From Okamejei kenojei (Eukaryota): a stretch of 64,000 nucleotides of DNA. Within the stretch, counting starts at the first letter, position 1; each line of letters starts with the position of its first letter. The translations under genes were made by a program, and so were the position numbers. The notes under the pieces were generated by a model that was not told the DNA's origin, made no database searches, and saw only the letters and a list, made by a program, of their open reading frames with translations. Where the stretch lies: contig CM069137.1 in assembly GCA_035221665.1 (NCBI GenBank), positions 24,490,001-24,554,000 of the forward strand, read 5' to 3'. Positions 53,682 to 64,000 of the stretch are shown one piece after another.

Positions 53682-54560
53682 GGAAATACATAAGACTTGT
53701 GAGCAGCATAAACTCCTGAAAAACGAGCATACTTATTAACGTGTGATTTATAAATGTACACCTATTCATGGTGGGTGTTAAGACCCATTAATGCCACCTA
53801 TTAGTGAATGCTCATGCCACAGTATGCACATATACTGTGGCAAAAATCTTTTTGTCTTTTTCTGCAACTTAGTTCATGTGAATTTGTGATTAGTTTCAGA
53901 GTGACATAAATGCATAATCCAGTTGGAAGTCGCAGCAGATGTTGAGCCTGTGCCCTGTCACGCCACGTCTGTGTTTCACAATACAACATCATGCTCATTG
54001 TTCCTCTTCTCTCTCCCCACCCAACCCATGACCCTTGACCTGCCATCTTGAATTTAATTGCACCATTAGAGTTGAAAATGAAACATCATTCAAAACCAAA
54101 ATAAAAACATAAAATAAATCTAAAAAAATATTCCATTAGGTATCAATTTGCTAAACATTCAACTAAGAATCAGTAAACTTTGTAGTCTCAATGATAAATT
54201 CACAGTATAGAACAACCTCTTTAGCCACTGTAAAGTATTCACTTTCTGTGCTATTGTTTTGAGAGGCACACGTTGAAGGGTGTGAAGTTAAGGGATCACA
54301 CCTTTTTGTTTTATTTTTGAATTACATCTATTTAAAGTTTCATTGATATTGCTTACAAAAACAAGTAAGATATTACATTAATCTTGCACTTTCTGAAACC
54401 TTGAGATATCCCCAATTTCTTCCTTACTGTAGAAGTTGTCGTTCTAGTGAATTAGTGCACACTAATATACTACAAATAGCTTTGGATAAGTGGTCAGGTA
54501 ATCTGATTTTGAGCAATATTAGTGGCGGAGCCAAGGCATTAGACACATGGAACTACAGAT

Positions 54561-54703
54561 CTTCTTCTTCTTGCATATGGCGTGCGCAGCCTAAAGTTTT
54601 AGGACAACTTGTTCTATTTGATCTTATTTGATTGTGCACGCCCGGTTGATTGCATTCGTCGAAACAGGGCGGACCATGTGAAGGTTGCAATCTTCCACCC
54701 CAT
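54561..54703 (-). mobile_element. Short non-autonomous retroposon with ribozyme head and (AAG)4 tail
   Basis: 10-bp TSD AACTACAGAT (54551-54560 and 54704-54713); (CTT)4 at 54561-54572; inserted into an older PLE-derived repeat. Confidence 0.75.
54648..54701 (-). ncRNA. Minimal HDV-like (CPEB3-like) self-cleaving ribozyme motif
   Basis: Minus strand GGGGUGG AA GAUUGCA ACC UUCACAU GGU CCGCCCU GU UUCGA CGAA UGCAAUC. Gives 7-bp P1 with G1-U wobble, 7-bp P2, 3-bp P3, 7-nt L3, and J4/2 CGAA with candidate catalytic C at 54658; P4 essentially absent. Confidence 0.8.
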
Positions 54704-55011
54704 AACTACAGATGCTGGAATATTAAACAAAACAATAAACAGTTGAAGGAACTCACCATCAATAGTAGGCATTTACAGAAGATGTTTGGGTCAGAGCCCA
54801 TCTTCCAGAGTCTGTTGGCTGCCCATGCTGCCTAACTCACTGAGTTCCCCCGTCAGTTTGCTTTTTACAATAGATAACTTTCTTGCTCCGTTTTTATGAG
54901 TTTGGGTTTTTCACTTCCAACTGAGAGGGCAGGTTTATTGTCGAACCTGAAAGGTGCATGGTGTTTTAATTTGCATGGAATTAATAGACATTTATGAGTA
55001 GATCAATTGTC

Positions 55012-55160
55012 CAGTCTGAAGAAGTCCATCAGACTGTCCATCTGAAGAAGGATCCCAACCCTAAACGTCACCCATCCGTTTCCTCCAGACCCGCTGAGTT
55101 ACTCCAGCACTTTGCATCTATCTTCGATATAAACCAGCATCTGCAGTTCATTTCAACGCA
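55012..55160 (+). mobile_element. PLE pLTR copy with damaged hammerhead
   Basis: Duplicated CTGAAGAAG; GAAA mutated to TAAA; family 3' part present. Confidence 0.7.
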
Positions 55161-55789
55161 CTTAATTGTTCAGGTTTGGTTCCTGATCTGTACTGGTTTA
55201 GCTGATCTCAGCCATATAACAATCGTGGCTACTGCCACTACTCATTACTGTATAATTTAGTGATGGGAAATATAGTGCAGAGATCCATTTCTGTGTAGGT
55301 TTTTGACTAATCCCCACTGGTGTTGTCCTATATGGAAACAGTGAGGGTAAATGTGTTGCGGTGAAGACTGAGGTGAAAAGGGTAGGAAGTTAAGACCTGG
55401 ATCAACTATAACAATTGTATTCCTGCAATAGGGGAGTGCTGAGCATAGATTACAACATCTGTTGATTTTTCCCGTCCACAAAAAAAAGATACAAACTGTG
55501 CAGTAGAAAAGAATTGTGAAAATAATGTTGTCATCTTATAAGGCTTCATATACTTTTAAATAATTGTACTCCATATCAAATTGTATAATTGAATTTGAAT
55601 GGCCAGTGCCAATCCTTTAATATATACAGTAGCATAGTCTTAATGCATCACTGAACTTCTCATTCAGTTTGGTGTTGCGATAATTCCAATTCAATGTCCA
55701 CTCTGCTTACCAGAGCACAGACATTGTGGGCTGAAGGGCCTCTTCCTGTGTTGCACTGTTCTATCTTCCAGAGACGTGAGGACAAGATT

Positions 55790-56138
55790 CTAGGCTCTAT
55801 TGTGGTATTGGAGGACTGCTAAATTGTTGGAAGTTTGGCACCTTGCTATCTCTCAGTTGCTAAAACAAGGTTCTATCCACTTTTTAGGGTGGGCTTAAAA
55901 AATCCCAAAATGTTGTGTCTGAGAAGTGCAGTGGATATCTGTGCAGTGCCTTTCCAACTACACCATTGACCAACATCGTTAATGACAGATGATAACATTG
56001 CTTTTCATAGGAAGGGACTGTGCATGAATTGGCTCTTACATTTCCTATATTATGACAGCGACCATACATTGAAAGTATTTCATGGGCTTTGAGATGTCAA
56101 GAAGATGGGGAAGGTGCTATACAAAAGCAGGCTATTTA
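55790..56138 (+). mobile_element. Ancient DeuSINE-like (SacSINE1/AmnSINE1-type) copy
   Basis: ACATTGCT...CTGTGCATGAATTGGCT...TTTCCTATATTATGACAGCGAC...AAGGTGCTATACAAAAGCAGG resembles the Deu domain and tail as I recall them. Confidence 0.5.
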
Positions 56139-56533
56139 CTATTATATTAGACCAAATTATCCGTTCTTGGTACTGTGCCTATCCTTGAATGTGGTATTGC
56201 TGTCTCTTTTTTTTTAAACAAAAGTAGCTTTGTAAAGGATGTGCCTTTTTCTGATGATAACAGTGTAAAAATAACATGGATGTGTCAAACGATTTTTACA
56301 GATATTTGCATTGTAAGTAACTGTTCATCACTTTACTCATCTCCAGAACTTAACAGATAGTGTTTCCTGGAGTTGGCAGGTGGCAGGGGAGGGGGGTGGA
56401 AGGGGACACATGTCAGAATGTCCAGGAATAGATTGACGTGTTCGAGTTTAGAAAACATTGACACCATAATGGTCGTTGGTGTATGGTTTAGGTAATCTTC
56501 CTTGCAGCAATTTAACACACCTTTGAAAATGGG

Positions 56534-56622
56534 CAGAATAGATACAAAGTGCTGGAGTAGCTCAGCAGGTCAGGCAGCATCTCTGAAGAAACATGGATAA
56601 GTGACGTTCTGGGTCAAGACCC
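56534..56622 (-). mobile_element. PLE pLTR copy
   Basis: Family sequence with TSD-like TTGAAAA(T/C)GGG (56523-56533 and 56623-56633). Confidence 0.7.
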
Positions 56623-56779
56623 TTGAAAACGGGAATTGTCTTCTTTGCCGCCACCATTGCTCACTTTGCTACAGATTTGGCTTCCTAAGGGCACCTACAC
56701 CACCACCATGGGCAAAGCCTACACCATTAAGGGCACTGGCTTCTCTACTGTGGGAGCCATCTTTGTTTCTCAGCTGATC

Positions 56780-57310
56780 AGTGTGAACCACTGTGCCTTT
56801 GTTAAGGGTAGGTCATGCCTGAGGAACTTGACTGAAGTGTTGGATAGATAAATATCTTTAGACGATATTTACATCAACTTCCAGAATAAATTATCACCAA
56901 GAGTAGAAGCTCTTGCATATCGTTGACATGGTTAGACAACGATCTGTGCCGGGAGATGGGGAGTGGGGATAGCGGGCAGGTGCACAAGCTGGCAGTTAGC
57001 AATGGGCTGATTTTTTACCAATTTGAGTGGGAAAGATGACAGACTCAGGAATGCTGACTGAAAATTAATGCACGACCTTGGCAGGGATCAAGAAAAACTT
57101 CTATGTGCAAAGGGTATTAGTACTGTGAGGCTTGCTCACACAAATGATAATGCTTGGTCAATTCTGAATTTAAAATTGAAATGAATAAATTTGTCTTGAC
57201 CAAAAATATTCTGAAGTACGGAGAACATGGAGAAAAGGTCTTGGCATCACTGAACGGAATAGAAGCTCAGTGGTGTATATGGCCTACTCCTATTCCTCTT
57301 CTTCCTACAT
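56780..57310 (+). mobile_element. Highly degraded CR1-like fragments
   Basis: HCAFVKGRSCLRNL resembles the RT motif QHGFxKGRSCLTNL; decayed 3' end TGGCCTACTCCT. Confidence 0.55.
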
Positions 57311-59629
57311 TCCAACATGGATACTGCCTGATCCATTAGGGTACTTTTAGGTTTATTTTTAAACTGAAGTATTAAAGGTGACAGAGTATCCTTACAACAT
57401 CATAACTAGGTCGTACACTTCGAGAGGTATATGTACGGAGAATTAGTTATTAACACACCATAAAGTGTTGTCTCGTGATCAACCATAACCTTATTTCTCT
57501 CCTGTGCTTTTTTAGTCCACATGGCTGGCTTGCAATTTGCACCAGTGATACAGGTCACATCATTCTGTGGTTTGGAAGTTTTAAGAGTTGGAGTGCCCTG
57601 GGGGCTGAACCAGAAGTTTTGTAGAGTAATATCAATAGGCCAGTGCTTTCTACCACTGCTAGGTGATGCTTGTACTGTGACAAGGGAATGGAATTGTTGC
57701 ACTGTCATTGGAAATCGCTACTTTTCTGATAACAGGGGTTCCTACTTTGTGATGATGTTTGGTACCAGTGATCCTGAGAACTATAAACCTGATGCATGGT
57801 AGTGACACAATCTGGTCCTATTTATTGAAGGACGATTCTGCTGGAATTTAGAGGGCTTGTAAGGCAAATCAAATCAGCTTTGCCAAGACAAGCGAATGTC
57901 ACAAAATTTTCTCTCTTTTGCTTTTCTCTCCCTCCCTCTCTCTCTCGCTCTCTGTCTCTCTCTCTCTCTCTCCCTCTCTCTCCCTCTCTGTGTCTCTTTC
58001 TCGAACACTGGAAAGAATTGCAAATCAGTAGTGCTTTTGAGTAAAAGGAAATGATCAGTTTTGGAATGGATAGTTCCACTTTAAAATAAGACTTGTCGCT
58101 CATGGTCTCTGATGCTGCCACCTCCGGCATCTGTTTGAGCTGCCTTGCCAAAAGGTGTTGGATCTGTGCAAGATTATTGGAGTGGGGTGTTTGTGGGGGT
58201 GGGTCGGGGAAGAGGGGGGGGGAGGGAATCAAAACAACACGAAAATAAAAGGGCGAGAGTAAAACATCATTGTTGCATTGGAGACAGGGGTAGCTTTAGT
58301 GGTCTTGGATCCCTTTCATCATTGGGGAAAATTATACACTCTCTTACGGATATGCGATAATTATACATTTCTGTACAGAGGAACTTGACTATGCTCCAGA
58401 AATGTGACAGAAAGATGCCCAGGCACCGAGCAGAACGCTTTTTTAGGTGGGGGGTGAGGGGGGTGGGGGAGGGGAAGAAAGCCTTGTAACAGTCAGGAGG
58501 TGAAAGGGGAGGATCAACTGGCTATTGTGCTGAGTTTTGAGTTTGCATTATTCCTCATTTACCTCGTTGGGTGCAGTGATATGATTTGCGCAATGCAAGG
58601 TCGCAACATGTTACTTGAGACGACAATTTGCTGATTCAAGCGGGCGATTGTGTCTGGTGCCAGTCAGTCGCAATTAGGAAAGGCATTGGGGAGGCCCGGC
58701 GTAGCTGCAATGTCCTGGGCCCAGATGCATAGAAATCAGCTCACCTGAAACTAATTGTCACAACAGAGTCCTTATGCAAATGAGCCCCGGGGTTAGCGTG
58801 GGAAAAGGAAAACTGTCGCAAAGATAGGTGACCTGCTGGGCAGGGGTCCGTTGAGGGAAATTCTTTGTTTGAGAGTAAAATTGTTATCCTTTGTTTAAAT
58901 CCGGGAGCAAAAAAAGGAAAAGGGAATGTATCGTGCAGAAAATTCAACAAGGCTAGTCTATTTGCATTGCTCACAACTTGTGCATCAGATCCAAAGCAAA
59001 AATGCAGTGAACTTTACTTTTTACTTTTTTCTCTTTCTTGTGTGGCATAAAAAAACAATAACAAACGAACTATTATCTTTCAAGATATTTTACCAGCTCT
59101 TTGTTCTTACTGAGAGACTCCCACCGTCCCACCCCCATTTCCAACCCAACCCCCACCCCTCGCCCTGGCCCGAGATAAGTATTTACTTCCAAAAGCAAAA
59201 TAGCTTTTCTAAGCTGCCTTTCAAACGTGTTAGACTGTAGTTGTTTTTTTTTATATAATGCACCTCGGTCTTAAAAAAAAGTATTTTTAGCACAATGTCA
59301 CATTGTTAAATAAAGAATGTGGTGGGGTAATTTATCCATTTCTACAGAAAGTTGAGAACAGCCAAACATGGTATTGTTTGTAAAATTGTCCTCCTTGGAA
59401 ATTATAATATATTGGTGAACAAGTTCAGGGAGTTTGGATGAAATGAAGGTTCTACATAAAAAAATGCTCAGATTTTATACACTCTGTCAGCTATCTCTTC
59501 CAAGTGTTGATTTACATGCTGTTTTTTTCTCTCCCAGAGTCTGGGCAGCAAGCAGGTGTTTCAGTAGGTTTAGCTTGCCACAGCTTGTGTGTTTGTAGAG
59601 TATAATCAGCAAATTCAACAGCAGATTTT

Positions 59630-60080
59630 GTGACTGTGTGTAGCACATGTGCGTTTGTAAGTGTGTTCATGTCTTTTCTGATGTAGAGCGTTTTCTTGTG
59701 TGTATGTTTGTCAGCATGTGTTTCTACATGTCTGTTTCTGTAGGTGCATGTATGTCTTGTATGCATTGTATGTCTTTATGTTTGCATGTACATACAAATG
59801 TTTGATTTTTGTGTGTTTGCCTGCATTTGATTATCATGTTTCTATATGCATCTGTGTACTTGTGATTTAGATGCCTGCAAGAGTGCGCGTTTATGTGTGT
59901 GCACACATGTGCGTGTGTGCATGTATGTGTGTGCGTGCGAGTATGTGTGTCTGCGTGTGTCTGCACAGTTTGCTTATGCATATGTGTTTTTATGCTATAT
60001 GTGGGTACATTTGCATGTGTGCTTGTGTTTTTATCTTGAATTCATGTGTGGGGATTTGTATGTGTGGAACTGTATGTGTT
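59630..60080 (+). repeat. Degenerate (TG)-rich low-complexity tract
   Basis: Direct reading. Confidence 0.8.
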
Positions 60081-61207
60081 TCTGTGCCTTTGTTTTGGTA
60101 GCCGGCAGGTTTTAGAAGATATCTAACAGCTGCTAGATGATAAATTCACACCTCAAAAGTTTTTTTTTGTCCCTAGTGTCAGGTGGGAAAAGGGGACAGT
60201 TGTGGGTTGAAATCTTTCATCAAAGAGAAAGGGTAAAATAAAAGTGTGCAATGAAACCTACTGCTGACTGTATTACAGATTTGAATGGATTGCCATCTGT
60301 GGGTTGATCAAACATAATAATACCTCCTTGCATAAATTTTAATCATGTTTTCTCTGACTTTCATATAAGGGGTATATTGGGAAATACTGTACGAAAGTAA
60401 TTTCATTTGAAAAACTGTGAAATGAGTAAACAGGGAGTTGTGTCCCATATATGCAATAAATTAGACTGAAGCAGGGCTATGATATCAAATCTCCTTTGTC
60501 AGATTGTAGTTCACAAGTGACAGTCTGGCACCATTTGTCAACTGGATGGTGTTACCAGTGTCATCATTCCGTCCCGGTATCCCAAACAAGCACTATTTTT
60601 CCTCTTTCCCCTCACTCTCTCGCCCTCTTCCTTCCTCTTCATCTTCAATAATTTCAGCAAAATGAGCGCCTCTTCTGCAGCAGCGAGGAAGTGTTCTGCC
60701 GCCAACTCATCAAACTTTAATCGTAACTGCAGCTTAGTTTTTGAATAAAGAACACTTAAAAAATTTAGATGCAAATTATTTTGTATTATTCATGCCCTTG
60801 GTGTCCTTGTAGATTTAAACACTTCTGAGGCCACCTTGATTCCAGTAATTACCTAGGCACTTGCTGCTCTGTCATGAATAAGGTATTTCATACAAGCAAA
60901 GTACGTGCCCGATGAGCTTTTAAAGTCGCTTTACACTAAACCTGTGTATTGCTTGGTGTGCATGAGTGAATATAACATGCGTTGTGATCTGTCTCAGGTG
61001 GTGCGAGGCTGGCTGTGCATCCAGGAGTGATGTGATGGGGACTGAGTGTCTCCTGCACATGGTCCCTCCAAAGCTGTAAAAAACTTAAGAGAAATTGTCA
61101 ACACTTTCAGTCAGTCATGGCTACTACAGAGCGATGTATTTAATATTTAAACACTTTAATAATGTTGGGTTTGCCAGTATTGTTTAACATATCACCAATT
61201 TTTTTTT

Positions 61208-61211
<4 letters not shown>

Positions 61212-61248
<37 letters not shown>
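61212..61248 (+). repeat. (AT)n microsatellite
   Basis: Direct reading. Confidence 0.95.
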
Positions 61249-61249
<1 letters not shown>

Positions 61250-62227
61250 CGAAGACAAGAGTTTACCTTTTCCCTACTTGAGCCTATCGTGTCATTTATC
61301 CTCATGGAAAATGCATTTCTCACTCTGGGTACAATTATGTAGTTTCCTGTTGCTGGTGGAAGGCAAGCTTCCAAATCTCAGAATTTTCAGTAATTACCTA
61401 ATCCACACCTCAGTCTAATAAAAAAAAAGGTTTAAAAAATAAATAAGCAACGACAGGAAATGAGTTGAATGGAACAGATTGGAATTATTTATTTGCATGT
61501 TAAAAAGCAACCCTTTTTGGTGAAGTAAGAAGTAGAATTGTGTTTCAGTCACAACACAGAAACAACATTTTAATACCTGTCCTTCTAATTATACACACAG
61601 TGTGCTGTGCTGTACACTTTCTGCAGTTCTAATTTTCTTCTATAGATTCTTCCATTTATTTTTTTCAAACTAATGTCACAGTTTTATTATTCTTTCCCTC
61701 CTACTGTCACTTTTACAAATTTATTTTACACAAACTGTTAATAGCTGTATACAGTTTAATTATTATTTTCTTACCACCCAGTCAGATCTAAGAGTTCACA
61801 GCTCTCTCTTAGCAAAAGGGATCTCCATAAAATGACAGAACAGTCCTCCGCAGATGGAGTTTTCCTGTGACTCAAAATGGCTCAAGGAGTATGCCTACAC
61901 ACAAATGCGCCTTGAGAAGTGGGATTCAAAACACCTGTTGATTGGAGTTGCGTGAGCTGTAGTATAACTTCAGTCTGTGCTGAACATCTCATTGAGACCA
62001 AACTCTGTTACCTTCAATTGAGTTTTATTCTCACTTTTTTTTTCTCTGGAAGACTGAAAGTGCTGATTACAGGATGCCTCTGTAAATGCATGTTTTTTGT
62101 CAAATGAATTAGAAAGTACAATTTGAGGATGCGAAGAACCAGATACTGTTTATTCATTAGCAGTACGCAATGAAGAAACCAAACAATGAAGACACCAAGC
62201 AACGAAGAACTCAATCCTGGTTACATT

Positions 62228-62419
62228 TTGTGTAGGACGGAACTGCAGATGCTGGTTTAAACCGAAGATAGACTCAAAAAGCTGGAATAACTCAGCGGGA
62301 CAGGCAGCATCTCTGGAGAGAGGGAATGGGTGATGTTTTGGGTCGACCCGAAACGTCACCCATTCTTTCTCTCCAGAGATGCTGCCTGGTCCGCTGATTT
62401 ACTCCAGCTTTTTGTGTCT
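62228..62419. mobile_element. Inverted PLE pLTR pair (spacer-less palindrome)
   Basis: ~78-bp arms centred on GGGTC|GACCC (62344/62345); 14-bp TSD ATCCTGGTTACATT (62214-62227 and 62420-62433). Confidence 0.85.
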
Positions 62420-62551
62420 ATCCTGGTTACATTATTACATATATCCTGTGGTATCACTAACTTTCATTTTGTTGCAGTCTTCACCAGTTACCACCGCAGC
62501 ACAAAGTGGATTGAGAATGTCCAACAAAATTAAGTTTATGCTGAACATTAT

Positions 62552-62920
62552 TTAGAGTCATAGAGTTGTACAGAACAGAAATATACCCTTTGGCCCACCT
62601 CCTCCATGCCAACTAAAATGTCTATCCAACCAAGTCCCATTTGCTTCTGTGTGAAAAAATTGTCCCTCAGGTCCCTTTTAAATCTTCCCCCTCGCACCTT
62701 AAATCTATCTCCTCTAGTTTTAAACTCCCCAATTCTGGGAAAAAGACTGACCGTCCACTTTAACTACATCTCTTGCAAAGTTATGTACTTCTATAAGATT
62801 ACCACTCAGACTCAAACGCTCCAGGGGGAAAGTCTCCCAGCCCATCCAGCCTCGCTTTATAATTCAGACACACCATTCCCAGTAACATCCTCATGAATCT
62901 TTTCAGCACTTCCCTGTTTA
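62552..62920 (-). mobile_element. CR1-like LINE 3' fragment
   Basis: GAGTCATAGAG tail, CCCTTTGGCCCA and decayed ORF2 end. Confidence 0.65.
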
Positions 62921-63649
62921 ATGACATAATGATGACAACAGCATTTGATGTTAACTATTTGCCACCATGAACTGGTTTTAAATCCAGAGATGGTCCAAAG
63001 ACTTTCAATCAATATAGAGGTATTATGCGATGTACTCGTGATCGAGAGGACTTAAATCAAGTTATAGTTTGTCTGTGATTGAGAAGACCTAAAACAAGTT
63101 ACTGTATCTCAGTTTACTTGCTTTAAATTTGGTCTGTGGTGAAATGGTACTTGAGAGGTTAAATATGGCTCTTTCATCATACAAGCTCAAAATAACTAAA
63201 ACTTGCTAATGCATAATATTTATAGCTTCCACCTGAGAATTGTATTAATGTTTGTTTAATACAGCTGCCTGCTCTGGAACTACCTGGAATATTAAGATTT
63301 GTAACTGAAGACAATGAGGTAAATGGAAATGGATTGAATCCGTTTATTTGGATGTAAAAATCCCTGATGTAAAAATCTTGCATTTTTACTGCCTGAGGTA
63401 GCATAATTCTTTGAGCACAGTCTAAGCCGGACTTTAGCACCTGCCTTGCTGGTGGTATATCTGCATCACTAACAAATCTATGGTGTTAGACATATATGTG
63501 AACAATAAACCATTAAGTATACACCCTATTTACATCATGAAATGAGTGAGACATAATCCGACGAAGTGAGACGATGTAAGAGATAGCAGCAGACTATAAA
63601 AAGGTTTGCTTTAGCCATCAGCTTGTTGCTCTGAAACATTGCAAAAATG

Positions 63650-63785
63650 ATTCACGTTCAGTGAATTGCTTTGTTGTGATGTTGGCAAATGTGGCAGCCA
63701 TTTTACACACATTAGTGTCCTTGTTGCTCTTTGAAATAAGAGTGTTGGCCAGAACACTGGGAGAACTGTGAACTTCTCCTCAGCT
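63650..63785 (-). mobile_element. DeuSINE-like remnant
   Basis: AAATGTGGCAGCCATTTTACACAC and TTGGCCAGAACACTGGGAGAAC resemble the reverse complement of Deu-domain blocks. Confidence 0.4.
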
Positions 63786-63944
63786 AATACCACAAATGTT
63801 CCCCGGAATAGATAATGAACCATCACTGATTGATGGAGAATGATGGAATAATGTGGCTTGTTTTTGAAGGGTAGAGGATATAACGGCTATCTAATGACCT
63901 GGAGGAGGTTCCTTTCATTTAAGCGAAAAGCAAACCAAACATTT

Positions 63945-64000
63945 TGAGTCATAGATTAATACAGCGTGTAAACAGGCACTTTGACCCAACTTGCCCTCAC
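63945..64000 (-). mobile_element. CR1/HE1-type 3' tail, cut by window end
   Basis: GAGTCATAG...TACAGCGTGTAAACAGGC...CCCAAC. Confidence 0.55.

Noticed and set aside
59512-60115. His/Thr- and Cys/Val-rich ORFs
   Set aside because: Artefacts of a (TG)-rich low-complexity tract.

Overview
Vertebrate genomic DNA, most likely a cartilaginous fish (skate/ray-type HE1/V-SINEs, CR1/HER1-like LINE tails, Penelope-like repeats); no prokaryotic features. The window holds the 5' end of ZEB2 (SIP1/ZFHX1B) on the + strand: non-coding exon 1 (~26240-26692), a ~2.2 kb 5'UTR intron, the first coding exon (CDS 28981-29053, [24 protein letters not shown]) and ~35 kb of intron 2. I found no exon 3. A ~12 kb CpG-rich, nearly transposon-free domain surrounds the promoter, while the flanks are dense in retroelements. 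Highlights: (1) a ~140 bp TSD-flanked retroposon whose 5' end is a 54-nt minimal HDV/CPEB3-like ribozyme (54648-54701, minus); (2) many Penelope-like pLTR copies with minimal hammerhead motifs, several forming long hairpins, plus a GIY-YIG remnant; (3) a uORF created by splicing of the ZEB2 5'UTR intron that ends 14 nt before the ZEB2 start. Almost all ORF-track entries are spurious or retroelement debris. Comparisons with human sequences are from memory and need alignment. Repeat boundaries are approximate unless TSDs are given.
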